From the sequence record NZ_CP086601.1: 64,000 nt of DNA. One strand, written 5' to 3'. Of the stretch, positions 44,924-53,540 are shown one piece after another. The translations under genes and the position numbers were made by a program. Positions within the stretch are counted from its first letter, which is position 1, and each line of letters starts with the position of its first letter. The stretch is from a plasmid. Under the pieces are notes generated by a model. The model was not told where the DNA came from, ran no database searches, and worked only from the letters and a program-made list of their open reading frames with translations.

Positions 44924-45268
44924 ATGACGATGGTTTATCGTGCGGGTATGACCACCCGCGACACCACCGAACCCGCCCCCGCAGCCCCGACCCCGGCGGC
45001 GCGGGGCTGGACGTTTTTGACCAACCACGCCCACGTGCTGCTGTGCCTGACCCGCAACGGCGACCTGACCATGCGCGAGCTCGCCCAGGCCATCGGCATC
45101 ACCGAACGCGCCGTGCAGGCCACCATCGCCGACCTCGTCGCCGACGGCTACCTCACCGTCGTCAAGAACGGCCGCCGCAACACCTACACCATCCACGGCC
45201 AGGGCCGGCTGCGCCACCCGCTGGAATCCCACCACACCATCGACGAACTCATCACCGCCCTACGCTGA
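44924..45268 (+). CDS. winged-helix HTH transcriptional regulator
   Basis: ..LLCLTRNGDLTMRELAQAIGITERAVQATIADLVADGYLTV.. Confidence 0.5.
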   Translation: MTMVYRAGMTTRDTTEPAPAAPTPAARGWTFLTNHAHVLLCLTRNGDLTMRELAQAIGITERAVQATIADLVADGYLTVVKNGRRNTYTIHGQGRLRHPLESHHTIDELITALR

Positions 45269-45440
45269 CCGCGACTGCGGATCCCGCACACGCCTCGAGG
45301 AATACCGGCTCAATGGGCAGACCTGGACCTACCAGCACCGACACACCCACCCCGGCTTCACCGGACGCCCACCTCGAACGTCAGTCGTGACGAATCATCA
45401 ACCGACACAGGTTGCGCAGTCGCACGAAGGAGAAACGCGC

Positions 45441-46088
45441 GTGAGCACCTCACCCCCGAACGGGCAGGTCATCGTCTATTTCCAGCCAGTACCCGGTGGG
45501 ATGGCCACGATGCGGTGGAACCCGCCGACCGAATGGCTCGAACGCGGACACGCCACGCTCACCTGCGCCGAATGCGGATCAGACCTGCGCCCCGGCGCCG
45601 AGGACCGCTCACGGTTCAACATTCCCGACCCCCGCACACCGAACCGGCTCCGCCTGTTCTGCGGGCCCTGCGCAGGCGACGGCGTCGACGAGATGGCCCG
45701 GCTCACCGGCCGCCGCGGCGAAGTGACCGGAACCGGCCGGGTGGCAGGCCAGCGACTGTCCGCACAGGAACGAGCCGCGCAACGCCGCATCGGCGGAGTG
45801 ATCCGCTCTTGCGGCGTCCTGTCCGAACAGGGACTGGCGATGTGGCGCGAAAGCGGCTGCGGAGAATTCAAAGCCACCGCCGACGAGATCGCAGTCGACC
45901 TCGGAGTCTTGGGTGTACCTCACATGGTGGTACCCACCGACCTGCCGCCGCTGGTCTCCGACCGATCCCGCCGAATCCGCCACGGCGAGGAAGTTCGCAT
46001 AACCACCGCCGATCTGCCGACACTCGTGCAATGGATCCCGTCACTGCAAAAGCACATCGACAAACTCAGCACCCTGACCGCACCCTGA
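45441..46088 (+). CDS. hypothetical protein with Cys-x2-Cys pairs (CAECG..CGPC), GTG start after AGGAGA
   Basis: VSTSPPNGQVIVYFQPVPGGMATMRWNPPTEW.. Confidence 0.45.
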   Translation: MSTSPPNGQVIVYFQPVPGGMATMRWNPPTEWLERGHATLTCAECGSDLRPGAEDRSRFNIPDPRTPNRLRLFCGPCAGDGVDEMARLTGRRGEVTGTGRVAGQRLSAQERAAQRRIGGVIRSCGVLSEQGLAMWRESGCGEFKATADEIAVDLGVLGVPHMVVPTDLPPLVSDRSRRIRHGEEVRITTADLPTLVQWIPSLQKHIDKLSTLTAP

Positions 46089-46257
46089 CCGACCCGCGCC
46101 AAATCTCACTGAACAGGACTTCGAACATCACTGAAGGTGACTTCGAAACCTGACAACGAACCCCGAGCACACGCCCCGCCCGGTGCTGTACAGAAAACGT
46201 GTCGAAAACCCGTGCTGTCCAACAAGTCTTGTCCGCCCTTTCTCGTACACTCCGGGC

Positions 46258-46941
46258 GTGTCTGCCTCCACGCCCGAACTCGACCGCCCCGCCCCGCTCG
46301 CGCTCGACGGGCCCGCCCTCGACCCGATCGGCGGCGGCGGCGCGCTCATCGGCTACGCGCGGGTGTCCACCAAGGGCCAGCTGCTCGACCGCCAGATCCA
46401 CGCACTCACCGATGCGGGGTGCCAACGGATTTTCACCGACAAGCAATCCGGGCGGAACGCCGATCGCGACGGACTGCGCCAGTGCCTCGACTACATGCGC
46501 CCCGGCGATACCCTCGTCGTGCCCTCGCTAGATCGGCTCGGCCGCTCGCTGCAAGACCTGGTGTCCATCGTCGCCGGCTTACGGCGGCGAGAGATCGGAT
46601 TCCGCTCCCTGCATGAGGCGCTGGACACCACCACCCCCGGCGGCCGCCTCGTCTTCCACGTCTTCGCCGCGCTCGCGGAGTTCATCCGCGAACTCATCGT
46701 GCAGGGCACCACCGAGGGCCTGGCGGCCGCGCGTGCCCGCGGCACCCGGCTCGGCCGTCCACCGGCCATGACCGCCGAACAGATCCGGCAGGCGCGCGCC
46801 CTGCTCACCCGCCCCGACGAAACGGTGTCTTCGGTCGCCCGGCTGCTCGGCGTCTCGCGCAGCACCGTCTACAAATACGTGCCCGAACTCGGCAGCGGCA
46901 GCGGCAGCGGCGAGCTCCCGGCCGCACCCACGGCACAATGA
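46258..46941 (+). CDS. serine recombinase (resolvase family, catalytic ALIGYARVSTKGQ; C-terminal HTH), GTG start
   Basis: ORF 46183..46941. Confidence 0.7.
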   Translation: MSASTPELDRPAPLALDGPALDPIGGGGALIGYARVSTKGQLLDRQIHALTDAGCQRIFTDKQSGRNADRDGLRQCLDYMRPGDTLVVPSLDRLGRSLQDLVSIVAGLRRREIGFRSLHEALDTTTPGGRLVFHVFAALAEFIRELIVQGTTEGLAAARARGTRLGRPPAMTAEQIRQARALLTRPDETVSSVARLLGVSRSTVYKYVPELGSGSGSGELPAAPTAQ

Positions 46942-47177
46942 GCGCCATGAGACTCACCGCGTGGGATGTCTTGCCACACAGGGCCGCTGCGCGGCCCTGG
47001 CACGCATGGCCCGTCCTCGCTACCTCCGGCCTCGACGGCCGCACTCACCGATCACTCACCGTGGAAATCATCCGCGTCATCATCGAAACCCGCGAACGCG
47101 CCGCCCACGGCCTGGACTGCGAAGACCAGCACTGGAGGGTTCAGCACCTCAAGGAAGCACGCGCGCGGCTCAACTGA
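46938..47177 (+). CDS. small hypothetical protein (ATGA overlap)
   Basis: MSAMRLTAWDVLPHRAAARPWHAWPVLATSG.. Confidence 0.3.
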   Translation: MSAMRLTAWDVLPHRAAARPWHAWPVLATSGLDGRTHRSLTVEIIRVIIETRERAAHGLDCEDQHWRVQHLKEARARLN

Positions 47178-47442
47178 CCTCGCCCGCGCCCTACAACCAG
47201 GGCGACTGCCCCGGCGGAGTCCTCGTAAACGGCTCGTCCGTCAGATATGTTGCCGATCACATCGACCCTGGCGATTTGGGGCTCTGACCTGCGGACTTCT
47301 GAGCGCGTCTGTGGTGCATCGGCGGCCGGGGCGCCCCCGGCCGCGCAAAATCGGCCGGTCTCGGCCCTTGTGGGCGTCGGTTCTGCCGGTGTCGTGGTCT
47401 TTGCTGATCGGTACTCGGCCACCGACAGAGAGGGCACCGCCG

Positions 47443-47730
47443 ATGACCAACCGCACCCGCCAACCACGCCGCATTCAGGGGCCCGGCGATCCCCCGTGGA
47501 CGTGGCCCGCGGCGTTCGTCGCCGTGGCCGCGCTCACCGCCGCCGCCGGCGTCGCCCTCGTGCTCGCGCTCACCGGCACGACCAGCGCGCCCACCGCGAT
47601 CGCACTGAGCGCCGTTCTCACCGGTTTCGTCCTGGTGGTGGTCAAGGCCGCGCAATCCGGCGGCGGGCACACCCGCCGACTGCTCCACGCTCTCGCGGTC
47701 CTGGCCGGGCCCGGCCGTGGGATGCCGTGA
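47443..47730 (+). CDS. small membrane protein (two TM helices)
   Basis: MTNRTRQPRRIQGPGDPPWTWPAAFVAVAALTAAAGVALVLALTG.. Confidence 0.4.
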   Translation: MTNRTRQPRRIQGPGDPPWTWPAAFVAVAALTAAAGVALVLALTGTTSAPTAIALSAVLTGFVLVVVKAAQSGGGHTRRLLHALAVLAGPGRGMP

Positions 47731-47773
47731 CGCTCCGCTCGGCGTATCGGCCCACCCGGCCGGTCCGCGCCGC

Positions 47774-48235
47774 TCAGCTCGCGCGCCGGACCGCCTGCCG
47801 GCGGGGCAAGTCTGCCACCGGCGCGGCCGCCGCGGTGATCCTGCTGCGGTAGGCCGTCACGCTGTACCCGGGCCCCACCATCTCGGCGTCATCGATCAAC
47901 CTGCGCGCACGGTGGATCTCACCGGCGCACATGGCCCGCTCGGCGGCATCGACCAGGCGGCGCCACTCCCGCGCGCGGGCCTGCGCGTGCCGCTCCCGTT
48001 CCCCCTCGCTGCTGTGCAGGATCTCCGGGTGGGCGCGCAGGTAGTCAGCCACGGCCGCCGCGACGGCCGCAGGGCCGTACTCAGCGCACACCGCGGGCAA
48101 ATGGGCATCAGTGATCAACTCGGCCGCGCCGTCGATGTCGACGCGCCACGGCCCGCCGTAGTAGTGAGCGGCGTACTCGACGGCCGCGCGCTCGATCAAC
48201 TTCCGCGCGACGGGCGCGAATCGGCTGGTCATCAT
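47774..48235 (-). CDS. hypothetical protein, 153 aa
   Basis: MMTSRFAPVARKLIERAAVEYAAHYYGGPWRV.. Confidence 0.5.
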   Translation of the reverse strand: MMTSRFAPVARKLIERAAVEYAAHYYGGPWRVDIDGAAELITDAHLPAVCAEYGPAAVAAAVADYLRAHPEILHSSEGERERHAQARAREWRRLVDAAERAMCAGEIHRARRLIDDAEMVGPGYSVTAYRSRITAAAAPVADLPRRQAVRRAS

Positions 48236-48256
48236 CGGGTCCTCTCCACAGACTCA

Positions 48257-48292
48257 GACCGTAGTACTATGCGACCAAAGTACTACGAACGG
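48257..48292. promoter_or_regulatory. operator/promoter site 1 (CCGTAGTACTATGC..AAAGTACTACG)
   Basis: 20 bp upstream of start at 48235. Confidence 0.55.
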
Positions 48293-48351
48293 GACGGGAC
48301 CGCCTTCCGGCGATCGGTCAGGGGACAGGCGCGCACTCGCGCCCGGCGGTC

Positions 48352-48645
48352 TCAGCTCTCGGCGTCGGCGGCGCGCTTCTTGTCGGCGATCTCCTGGTGC
48401 GTGTAGACGCGCACGCCGCCGGACTCGATGCCTCCGAACGGTTCGCCGCCGTTCTTCTCACGCTCCAGCCGCTCGACCTCGGCCAGGACCACGCTCTTGA
48501 CGAAATCCGACAGCGAGCCCTTGTGATCCTGCAACCATCCGTGCGCGTAGGCGCCGCGCACCCGCGCGGCTTCCTCGGGGCCGAAGTAGCCGCCAATGCG
48601 GCCCTTGTTCTGCACCTTGCCGCCCGTCTTCTCCTGCTCGGCCAT
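48352..48645 (-). CDS. small hypothetical protein, 97 aa (GGGAGG RBS)
   Basis: MAEQEKTGGKVQNKGRIGGYFGPEEAARVRGAYAHGWLQDHKGSLSDFVKSVVLAEVERLEREKNG.. Confidence 0.5.
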   Translation of the reverse strand: MAEQEKTGGKVQNKGRIGGYFGPEEAARVRGAYAHGWLQDHKGSLSDFVKSVVLAEVERLEREKNGGEPFGGIESGGVRVYTHQEIADKKRAADAES

Positions 48646-48670
48646 TGCCGCCGCCTCCCGCGTCCCGTGT

Positions 48671-48697
48671 CCGTAGTACTGCGGTGCCATAGTACGG
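48671..48697. promoter_or_regulatory. operator/promoter site 2 (CCGTAGTACTGCGGTGCCATAGTACGG)
   Basis: about 30 bp upstream of start at 48645. Confidence 0.55.
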
Positions 48698-48891
48698 GGC
48701 TGCGCGGCGGTGCGGGGGTCTCGGCGCGACGGCCGCCGGGTGCCCGCACCGGCCGCGGCGCGAATCGTCTGGGGTGTCATGGGTGATGCCCTCTCCTGCT
48801 CGTGGTCATGAGGGCGGGCCCGGCGGCCCGCCCGTGGAACGGCGTCGACCCGGCGCGGGGGCTTGCCGCCCTGGCGCGCCGGCTGGTGGCG

Positions 48892-49329
48892 CTACCGCCG
48901 CTCGTAGCGGTCGTGCACGGGCAGCACGTGCGGTTCCGGGTAGCCCAGCAGATCGGCCAGGACACCCCCGAACCGGCCGCCGTTGCTCCCGGCGAAGTTG
49001 CCGCCGAAGCACGACCATCGCCCCGCGCGGTACCGCACACGGCCATCCTCGATATCCACCGGTTCGAGGTAGGCGTACCGGGCGCCGATGCGGCCGATGA
49101 CCGCAACCACCGGCGGGGCGTCCTCACGCACCGGGCGCACCCGCCAATCCGCGGGCTGGATCACGCTGCGCCCGGCGCTCGGGTGGGTGGTGTCGACAAA
49201 CCCGACCAGGCTCAGCCGGTCGTGACGGGCACTCACTCCGCCGAGTGTGAAGTCCGGACCGTCGGCCGCCCGGAACACGTCGAGCACCAAGCCGCGAACC
49301 TCGGTGGTGGTGATGGTGGTGGTAGTCAT
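48892..49329 (-). CDS. hypothetical protein, 145 aa
   Basis: MTTTTITTTEVRGLVLDVFRAADGPDFTLGGV.. Confidence 0.5.
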   Translation of the reverse strand: MTTTTITTTEVRGLVLDVFRAADGPDFTLGGVSARHDRLSLVGFVDTTHPSAGRSVIQPADWRVRPVREDAPPVVAVIGRIGARYAYLEPVDIEDGRVRYRAGRWSCFGGNFAGSNGGRFGGVLADLLGYPEPHVLPVHDRYERR

Positions 49330-49340
49330 GTCACATTCCT

Positions 49341-49374
49341 TCCATAGTGCTACGGTTCCATAGTGCTACGGTGG
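49341..49374. promoter_or_regulatory. operator/promoter site 3, variant (2 x TCCATAGTGCTACGGT direct)
   Basis: upstream of start at 49329. Confidence 0.45.
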
Positions 49375-49406
49375 CCGCCTCGTTGGCGGCCACCGTGTTC
49401 GCTTCG

Positions 49407-49715
49407 TCAGATCAGGCGGTAGACCTTGCGGCGCATGTGCGCGGCCATCTCCTGGATGCGCTTGCGGTCCACGTGGTGGATGCGCTGTTCACGGACGACC
49501 TTCTCGCGCATCGGCAGCGGCAAGGCCGCGATACGGCGCAGCTCGTCGCTCCACTCGCGCTCGGCCGCCAGGTGCCGATCCTGATCGGTCACGACCACAA
49601 ACCGCGCGTGGTGCTCGTGGTAGCCCCGGCACTCCAGCTCGGCGGCCTGCTCGGGGGTCACCGCGCCGGACCGGATGTAGTGCTGCGGGCAACGGGTGCT
49701 GAGGTCGATGGTCAT
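49407..49715 (-). CDS. hypothetical protein, 102 aa (GAGAGGGAG RBS)
   Basis: MTIDLSTRCPQHYIRSGAVTPEQAAELECRGYHEHHARFVVVTDQDRHLAAEREW.. Confidence 0.5.
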   Translation of the reverse strand: MTIDLSTRCPQHYIRSGAVTPEQAAELECRGYHEHHARFVVVTDQDRHLAAEREWSDELRRIAALPLPMREKVVREQRIHHVDRKRIQEMAAHMRRKVYRLI

Positions 49716-49743
49716 TTGGTGCTCCCTCTCTCTCGGTGGTAAC

Positions 49744-49779
49744 ACCATAGTACTATGGTGCCGCAGTACTATGCAACCA
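49744..49779. promoter_or_regulatory. operator/promoter site 4 (CCATAGTACTATGG-TG-CCGCAGTACTATGC)
   Basis: upstream of 49715 start. Confidence 0.6.
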
Positions 49780-49892
49780 AGGGTGAGTGAGGCTCGTCAC
49801 ACTTGCTTGGAGTTGCGGCCGCCCGCCTTCGCAGCGGCCGGGCGGGGGATCGGCGGGCCGGGCATCTGATCGCACCGGCCCGCCTGATGCTC

Positions 49893-51551
49893 CTACCGCC
49901 CGCCGGTCATCGCTGCGGATTCGGCGATTGCTTCATCCGGGGTCAGTTCACCGATGGCCACCCGTTCGACGGGTGCCAGGACGTACCCCTGGCTCTCGAG
50001 CCAGCGCAGATACGCGCGGGTGAGTTCGCGGGTCACCGCCGCGTACCGGGCCATCGACCGGGGGTCGTCCTCGGTGCGCCAGTAGCTCGGCTGCTCCTGC
50101 TCCGGCTTGGCCGCCCGGCGCTGCATCCGGGCCTCGACCGCACCGATGGCGAGTGCGGTCAACACCACGCACCCCCGATCGTCTCGTTCCACCGCCTCGG
50201 CGGCGGCGTGCAGCTCGGCGGCGGCGTTGATCGCGCTGCGTCCAAGCAGATCGGCGGCCAGCTCGCGCGCGCTGTGCCCGCTGATGATTTCGGCGTCGGC
50301 GCACATCACACGCGCGGCCAGCACCGCCCCGCCCGTCCACCTCTTACGCCCGCCCAGCTTCTCCCGCACCCACTCGCGCCGCCTGGTCGTCGCTGCCCGC
50401 GCCAGCGCGTTGCACTCGATCACGCGGCGCCGCTCGGCGCGCTCGGCCTCGGCCGCCGCCTCGGCTTCCTCGGCTGTCTGCTCCTGCTGCTCACCCCGGC
50501 CACCGGAATAGGTCGACGTGAGTCCGGCCGCCTCCACGTCGGTGCAGAAATAGGCAGGCGTCCAAGCCACCTCGACCCGTACCTGTGCGAAGTGGTAACC
50601 GTCCTCGGCGTCTCGGTCGGGGTCGTGCTGGGTCCGCCAATCGATCTCGAACCGGTCGATTTCCTCGCCGGTCTCGGCGTGGACGTACCGGGCCACCTTC
50701 TCGAGCGCCACCGCCCAGTGCTCGGGGGTCACCTGATCCTCGCCCGGCTCCTCACCCTCGGCGGTGCGCAGCAGGCGAATCGGCGTGTAGGTGCCGAACT
50801 CGCTGTACTTCGGCCACGCCTCGAGCACGGTCCACCCGCGCTCGGCAAACTCGGCCGCGACCGCCGCGCGGGCGGCCTCTTCTCGTCGCTGCTCTCGGAT
50901 GGCGGCAGCGGCGTGCTCGAACTGCCCGCGCTCGGCCGCCGACATCAGCCGCTCCACGGCGTCGGGGTCGTCCTCGAACTCGAGCAGGGCGGCCGCCTGG
51001 CTGAGCGTCAGCTGATCGGCTGCGGCCGCTTCCCGCGCACGCGACGACTTCGCCACCTCGCGCACGGCCTTCACCTCGGCCACGTCCATACTCAGCTGCT
51101 TCGCGGCCGTCGTCGGCGTCACGCCCAGATTGAGCATCTGCTCAACGGCGGCCAGGCGGTGGGCGGTGGTCAAGTCCTCGCGCTGGTCATTCGCCACAAC
51201 CTGTTTGGCGATCCGGGCGGCTTCGCGCACCGCCTCGGCCACCGAGCCGGCGACCAGATGGCGGCGCAGGATCACCGGAACCTCGGCCAGCTCGGCCGCT
51301 CGCGCGGCCAGGATGCGCCGCTGTCCGTCAATGATCTGTACGCGCATGTCCTCGTTGAGGAACGCGCTCGGGTACTGGATCAAGCCGTGCTCGCGCACGC
51401 TGGCCACGAACGGGGCATCGATGCTCGCATCCGTCCGCACGTTCTCGCCGAACACGACATCGGCGGGATCGACATAGACGACGATTTCACCGCGCGGGGC
51501 GGCTTCCAGTGCGGCAATCCACTCGTCGGCGGTGGTTTCGGGTGTTGTCAT
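49893..51551 (-). CDS. large ParB/KorB-like protein: N-terminal ParB/Srx-type domain (..IIDGQRRILAARAAEL..), long acidic/Ala-rich middle, C-terminal domain
   Basis: 552-aa ORF. Confidence 0.6.
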   Translation of the reverse strand: MTTPETTADEWIAALEAAPRGEIVVYVDPADVVFGENVRTDASIDAPFVASVREHGLIQYPSAFLNEDMRVQIIDGQRRILAARAAELAEVPVILRRHLVAGSVAEAVREAARIAKQVVANDQREDLTTAHRLAAVEQMLNLGVTPTTAAKQLSMDVAEVKAVREVAKSSRAREAAAADQLTLSQAAALLEFEDDPDAVERLMSAAERGQFEHAAAAIREQRREEAARAAVAAEFAERGWTVLEAWPKYSEFGTYTPIRLLRTAEGEEPGEDQVTPEHWAVALEKVARYVHAETGEEIDRFEIDWRTQHDPDRDAEDGYHFAQVRVEVAWTPAYFCTDVEAAGLTSTYSGGRGEQQEQTAEEAEAAAEAERAERRRVIECNALARAATTRRREWVREKLGGRKRWTGGAVLAARVMCADAEIISGHSARELAADLLGRSAINAAAELHAAAEAVERDDRGCVVLTALAIGAVEARMQRRAAKPEQEQPSYWRTEDDPRSMARYAAVTRELTRAYLRWLESQGYVLAPVERVAIGELTPDEAIAESAAMTGGR

Positions 51552-51555
51552 GGTT

Positions 51556-51615
51556 GGTGCCTCTCACCTAGAGTTCTGCGGGAGAGGCACCGGGTAGCTA
51601 CCGACTACCCGGTGC
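51556..51615. promoter_or_regulatory. dyad-symmetry region upstream of parB-like gene: GGTGCCTCTC-N16-GAGAGGCACC, then CGGGTAG-N7-CTACCCG with internal GGTAGCTACC palindrome; TTGACG -35-like just downstream
   Basis: sequence inspection. Confidence 0.4.
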
Positions 51616-51677
51616 CTGTCTTGTTGACGGGGTCTCATCGCGTGCGGGTGGTGCCCGCGCCCGCGCCGGGCGTGCGC

Positions 51678-51950
51678 TCACGCGGCGGTCAGGATCGTCG
51701 CCGTCGCCCCCGCGCCGCCGCGCAGCAGCACCAACACCATCTCCACCGGGCGGATCACTCCACCCTCGGTCCGCACGATGCGGAACGGCACCGCGCTCAC
51801 CGTCGCGGCCATCGCGGCCCCGGCAGCGGCATCGCGCGCAGCGGCCAGCACCTCGGCCACCTCGGCGGCCGGAATGGTGCTCTCCACGCTCACCGGGCAC
51901 TCGTAGCCCATCGCGCGGGCGGTGTCGGTCACGTCGATCAGCTCGCTCAC
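51678..51950 (-). CDS. small hypothetical protein, 90 aa (GTG start after GGAAGGAG)
   Basis: VSELIDVTDTARAMGYECPVSVESTIPAAEVAEVLAAARDAAAGAAMAATVSAVPFRIVRTEGG.. Confidence 0.4.
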   Translation of the reverse strand: MSELIDVTDTARAMGYECPVSVESTIPAAEVAEVLAAARDAAAGAAMAATVSAVPFRIVRTEGGVIRPVEMVLVLLRGGAGATATILTAA

Positions 51951-51996
51951 TCGCGAACTCCTTCCGATCAGATCCGGCGGTCTCTCCGTCGGTACC

Positions 51997-52031
51997 TCCA
52001 TAGTACTATGGTGCCGTAGTACTATGCTACT
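51997..52031. promoter_or_regulatory. operator/promoter site 5 (CCATAGTACTATGG-TG-CCGTAGTACTATGC)
   Basis: upstream of 51950 start. Confidence 0.6.
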
Positions 52032-52136
52032 CCTAGGCTGGTGATATGGCGCACATTTCCCAGCTCAGGGGCGATTTCCGGGCCGCGAATGGCACCGGGG
52101 CGGGGTGCCTACCGAACACCCCACCCCGGTCCCTGG

Positions 52137-52325
52137 TCAGCTTCGGACGTTGATCGGCCCTAGGGTCGTCCCGCTGCTGTACAGGCCCCAGTACTTGCCG
52201 TCCCAGTCGGGATTTGCCTCGCGCCAGCGCTGGACCGTTTCCGGTTCGAGCTTCCGGACGGTCCCGGCATGGTCGGCCAGGCGCAGCCAGCGGTAGTCCT
52301 CGCGGGTGATGGTGCGAACTGCCAT
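52137..52325 (-). CDS. small hypothetical protein, 62 aa (AGGAGG RBS)
   Basis: MAVRTITREDYRWLRLADHAGTVRKLEPETVQRWREANPDWDGKYWGLYSSGTTLGPINVRS. Confidence 0.4.
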   Translation of the reverse strand: MAVRTITREDYRWLRLADHAGTVRKLEPETVQRWREANPDWDGKYWGLYSSGTTLGPINVRS

Positions 52326-52359
52326 CGTCGTATTCCTCCTGGTGGTCGTCGGTTCGGGG

Positions 52360-52743
52360 TCAGCGGTCGGCGGCGGCGGTGATGGTGAACACGGGTTCGG
52401 CGTCGTCGCCGGGGCCCAGCTCGATCCGCAACCGGACCGGCGTCGCGGCGGCGTCGGGGTGCGGCACCCGAAGAACATCGAAATCGGCCCAGCTCGCGCC
52501 GTCTCCACGGCGGGCCGCGCCCAGTACTGCCACCCGGGCCATCGCCAGCACATCCCACAACCGCCCGGTTTCGTCCTGGCTCGCGTCGTCATAGGGCCAG
52601 GCCACCGCATCGGCCCATGCGTGGGCGGCGATCGATACCGGATGCCTGAAACCCAGCTGATCCGCGAGGGCGGACGCATCGGTCAGCGTGCCGTCGGCGT
52701 GCGCCTGGGCGCGGGTGTAAGCGTGGATGATCTCGCCGAACAC
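52360..52743 (-). CDS. hypothetical protein, 127 aa (GTG start, AAAGGGGA RBS)
   Basis: VFGEIIHAYTRAQAHADGTLTDASALADQLGFRHPVSIAAHAWADAVAWPYDD.. Confidence 0.5.
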   Translation of the reverse strand: MFGEIIHAYTRAQAHADGTLTDASALADQLGFRHPVSIAAHAWADAVAWPYDDASQDETGRLWDVLAMARVAVLGAARRGDGASWADFDVLRVPHPDAAATPVRLRIELGPGDDAEPVFTITAAADR

Positions 52744-52787
52744 GGCGGTCCCCTTTCGATCGGTTCCGGCGGTCCCTCCGTCGGTAC

Positions 52788-52823
52788 CTCAATAGTACTA
52801 TGGTACCGTAGTACTACACAACA
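52788..52823. promoter_or_regulatory. operator/promoter site 6 (CAATAGTACTATGG-TA-CCGTAGTACTACAC); flanking 55 bp near-identical to site 5
   Basis: 45 bp upstream of 52743 start. Confidence 0.6.
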
Positions 52824-53003
52824 TTCCGGGGAGTGACAAGGACAACATTTCCGCAGGTCAAACGCGTATTGACACGCGGGCCCTCTCTCTGGGAAGCCTG
52901 CCCCTGCGGCGAGCAGCGGGGCCCGGGGCAGAGCCCCGGTAGCAGCCGCAGGCTGCTCAGCTCTTCCGGAGTGGAGCCGCACGGGGGCTCGTGGTGTGTG
53001 GGT

Positions 53004-53155
53004 GTCTCTCCGGTCGGCCTGGGGCGACTCGATCACACGGTCGGCGGGTGTCCAGGGTGGCCGCAGGCCATCGCGCAGCGACGCGCAGCGCCCTGGACAC
53101 CCGGTGACCGTGTGATAGCCCCAGAAAAGGCCGGCCGGAGAGACACCCACACACC
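53004..53155. repeat. large nested inverted repeat: 26-bp arms GTGTGTGGGTGTCTCTCCGGTCGGCC / GGCCGGCCGGAGAGACACCCACACAC around an inner imperfect palindrome (GATCACACGGTC..GGTGTCCAGGG | CCCTGGACACC..GACCGTGTGAT)
   Basis: non-coding region 52830-53265 with further stem-loops at 52880-52960. Confidence 0.6.
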
Positions 53156-53267
53156 GCCCTGGCGGAACGCAGGCGCGAGCGACAGCTCGCGAAACCACCC
53201 CCGACCAACCTCCAGCGCCGAACAGCGTGGCTAGGGGTACCGGCGCCTGGAACGGGTGCGGTCCGCG

Positions 53268-53540
53268 TCAGAACCACCGCTCAAGGTCGTGCTCGGTCTC
53301 CGGTGCCATGTCGAGAATTTCGTAGGCCAGCTGCCAACGTGGGTGGGTGCCGAGCACGTCGCGGTGGTCGCGTAGGTGCTGATCGAGGGCTTCCTGGGCG
53401 GCGCGCAGCCGGGCCCAGACGTCCGGGTACTGATCCGGCTCCAGCTCCGGGTAGGCCAAGTGCGGGTTGTTCGCGGTGACCTCGGCGTTGAACGCGAAGC
53501 GCTGGAGGTCGAGCGCGTGCTGGTGCGGGTCCGTGCTCAT
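53268..53540 (-). CDS. hypothetical protein, 90 aa
   Basis: MSTDPHQHALDLQRFAFNAEVTANNPHLAYPELEPDQYPDVWARLRAAQEALDQHLRDH.. Confidence 0.4.
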   Translation of the reverse strand: MSTDPHQHALDLQRFAFNAEVTANNPHLAYPELEPDQYPDVWARLRAAQEALDQHLRDHRDVLGTHPRWQLAYEILDMAPETEHDLERWF

